Of a stretch of DNA of 64,000 bases, positions 61,780 through 64,000 are shown in pieces. The DNA comes from Fistulifera solaris. Its lineage: Eukaryota. Each line of letters opens with the position of its first letter. Within the stretch, counting starts at the first letter, position 1. The position numbers and the translations under genes are program-made. The notes below the pieces were generated by a model. The model saw nothing but the letters and a program-made list of their open reading frames with translations. It searched no databases and had not been told where the DNA came from. The stretch spans positions 1,302,001-1,366,000 of the forward strand of contig AP026164.1 of NCBI GenBank assembly GCA_030295235.1. The letters are read 5' to 3'.

Positions 61780-62791
61780 CGGGTACCAACAACCAACAAC
61801 CGCACACCGCACAGAAAAAGGGAGACACGGGAACGCACCTCTGCTTGGTACATTTCTCTACGGGGGCCTACGCGAAAGTACACAATTTCCCGCACCGTCC
61901 CGTGGCCCGTGCTAAAAGATTAAGCCATGGCATAATTGTTCGTGCCATAAAACTTAGAGAAAGGGTCATAGTCATTTATAATCAAAACGCCCAATAAGTC
62001 AAAAAGACTACACTAATTTCCGGAAAGTGTTGCGTTCAGTGTGACTGAAGTTAAAGTTAATGTTTTAATTTATTACTCATTACTCATTACTCATTACGAT
62101 TAAGAATTTCCGATTAGAAACTAGAAAAGTATCCCGTACCAGGTATTGGCAAAGCTAGGTAGTAGCAACTGGCAACTGGAAATCGACAATTGGCAATCGA
62201 CAATCAATAGTTGGCAATTGGCCATTCGAAATTCGAAAAAATGAAGTCATTTGTCATTTGGGGTTACTGAGTTCGGTCCTACAGAGATGTACCAAGTAAT
62301 ATTATCTACGGATGCTGGAACCTGGAACAGGTTACAGTTGGTAAGCTGAAAACGTGAAACATAGAACAAGTCATAAGATGGGGTTATAACTTGGAACTAA
62401 TTACTTCGCATCTCCGCATCCCGCATCCGGTCATGAGGGCAATTACAAATTACTAACAACTAAGAAATAATGAAAGGACTATCAAGATGAACGAATATCA
62501 TCAAGCATCCCATTCAAGCATCAAGCATCGACCAGCAACCAGCAACCAGTCACATTCACGTGAGATGTGACAGGTCACGGGTCACGTAGATTAGCTATCA
62601 GTACCACTGAGAAACCAATAAATAATGTAAGGTTTTACCGGCATAAATAAGATAAAGAAGCCCTAAAATTCCACGCCCTGCTTGACGTGCAGAGTGCAGA
62701 GATCCTTTTAGCCTTCAAAATAACCTCCCAGCTCCCATTTGCCATTTATAAAGACTCTGCGTTTTGAGAAGTGAAACATCCTAACAGCACG

Positions 62792-64000
62792 ATGAACGAT
62801 CATTACAAAGTTTCTCCCCTAAGTTCCCCTGCGACTACGAGCACCGACCGTTCTGACTCTTCCGCGCAAAGCGCTGAAACCAAGAAGATGCCAACGAAAG
62901 CGCGAAGGTCGTGGAAGAAACCTGCTGTAAGTATGATCAAGGCTATTTGGGGCCTCTGCAAGACAGTGTCACTCATCGGTCTTTTCTTTCTTGTACATCG
63001 CAATAAACAGGGAATGCCTCGTCGGCCTCTTTCAGCCTATAATCTATTCTTCAAGGAGGAAAGAAAGAAACTTTTAGGCGGAGAGGATGCAGAAGGTGAT
63101 AGTTTAGTTACTTCAAAACGGAAGCACCGAAAAACGCACGGTAAAATCGGCTTTGCTGATCTGGCCAAAAGCATCAGTCAGACATGGCATGATCTCAAGA
63201 AAGAAGAGAAGCACAAGTATGAAAATGAAGCTAAAAAGAGAAAACAAGAATACTTTCTTCAGCTTCAAGAGTACAAGGCAAAGAACGCTGAACAAGAATC
63301 CACGTCGAAAGATGACGACCGCTCTGATTATGCAGCGGTGCTCGTGTCAATGTCTCGGGTCACTACTGATTCTTCAATGGCACGGACTGCTTCCTTCAAT
63401 AAAACCAGAGTTGCCGAAAATGTTGAAGTCCCCTTTGTTCGCTCTTCGGCTACTTCAAATGAAAGTGAACAAGAAAAATTGTTGGAAGACTCGGTAAATC
63501 GCCCACGCGTCGCTGAAAACTTTGCAAGCACGACCGAGTCTAATGATTTGAAGCACAAATGTGCTATTCCTGTAGCTCAACCGACAATGGCAATAGCTCC
63601 TATGCAACTAGCACACGATGTGGCAATAAGGAATTTGATTATGGTGAACTCGGTTCAGGGGCCTCTCACAGCCTCAGTTCCGCTTATAGGCAATCTACAG
63701 CAAGTATCACAGCTAAACCAAGGAACAGGTAACCTTTTGCAACCCAACCTATTCAGTCCTTTGGGAAGTTGTTCTCAGAACTTAATTCAGTGGGTCAATC
63801 CTCGACTAGTTACTCAGCAGCGTTGTCTGAATGTAACTGGTGTCGCACAGAACCCGGTCACCAGGCTCACGTTTTCGAACCAGCAAGCGCTCTTTGGTGA
63901 TTCGGGTTTGCTTTATGGTCGTGTCTTGCCGATTCAAAATCAAATCCGCACCGTTTCAGTTCAACCGCCTCTGGCCGGGAACTCACAAAACAGCATGTTG
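62792..64000 (+). CDS. HMG-box protein (runs off the window end)
   Basis: WKKPA|GMPRRPLSAYNLFFKEERKKL..KRKHRKTHGKIGFADLAKSISQTW..YENEAKREKQEY. Intron ~62927-63010. Confidence 0.88.
   Translation, partial: MNDHYKVSPLSSPATTSTDRSDSSAQSAETKKMPTKARRSWKKPAVSMIKAIWGLCKTVSLIGLFFLVHRNKQGMPRRPLSAYNLFFKEERKKLLGGEDAEGDSLVTSKRKHRKTHGKIGFADLAKSISQTWHDLKKEEKHKYENEAKKRKQEYFLQLQEYKAKNAEQESTSKDDDRSDYAAVLVSMSRVTTDSSMARTASFNKTRVAENVEVPFVRSSATSNESEQEKLLEDSVNRPRVAENFASTTESNDLKHKCAIPVAQPTMAIAPMQLAHDVAIRNLIMVNSVQGPLTASVPLIGNLQQVSQLNQGTGNLLQPNLFSPLGSCSQNLIQWVNPRLVTQQRCLNVTGVAQNPVTRLTFSNQQALFGDSGLLYGRVLPIQNQIRTVSVQPPLAGNSQNSML

Overview
Gene-dense eukaryotic nuclear DNA with short GT-AG introns. It is most likely from a pennate diatom (inferred from fucoxanthin-chlorophyll LHC genes, bipartite plastid presequences and compact gene spacing). 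There are about 28 protein-coding loci, including PPDK, an importin-alpha-like protein, SPT6, a two-pore K+ channel with a pseudogenised tandem copy, TAF11-like, a SNARE, CPP1-like, STRAP, C2CD5-like, REI1/ZNF622, a PA-RING ligase, ASCC2-like, serine carboxypeptidase, two LHCs, RPA1, prolyl 4-hydroxylase and an HMG-box protein. Many genes carry single-base frameshifts in homopolymers, which I read as unpolished long-read errors. Two mobile elements are fully delimited: a 5.06-kb Ty3/gypsy LTR element (near-identical LTRs, TATCA TSD, a palindrome where the tRNA PBS should be) and a 1.99-kb internally deleted PIF/Harbinger element (12-bp TIRs, TTA TSD). The most unusual observations are (1) a ~1.2-kb intergenic tract filled with unrelated 7-bp tandem duplications, (2) a GW/WG Argonaute-hook-like tail on SPT6, (3) a GRGRG-x-T-[IL]-PAWM C-terminal motif shared by two adjacent unrelated proteins, and (4) several dispersed hairpin or palindromic intergenic repeat families. 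All family assignments come from motif recognition; no database search was run.
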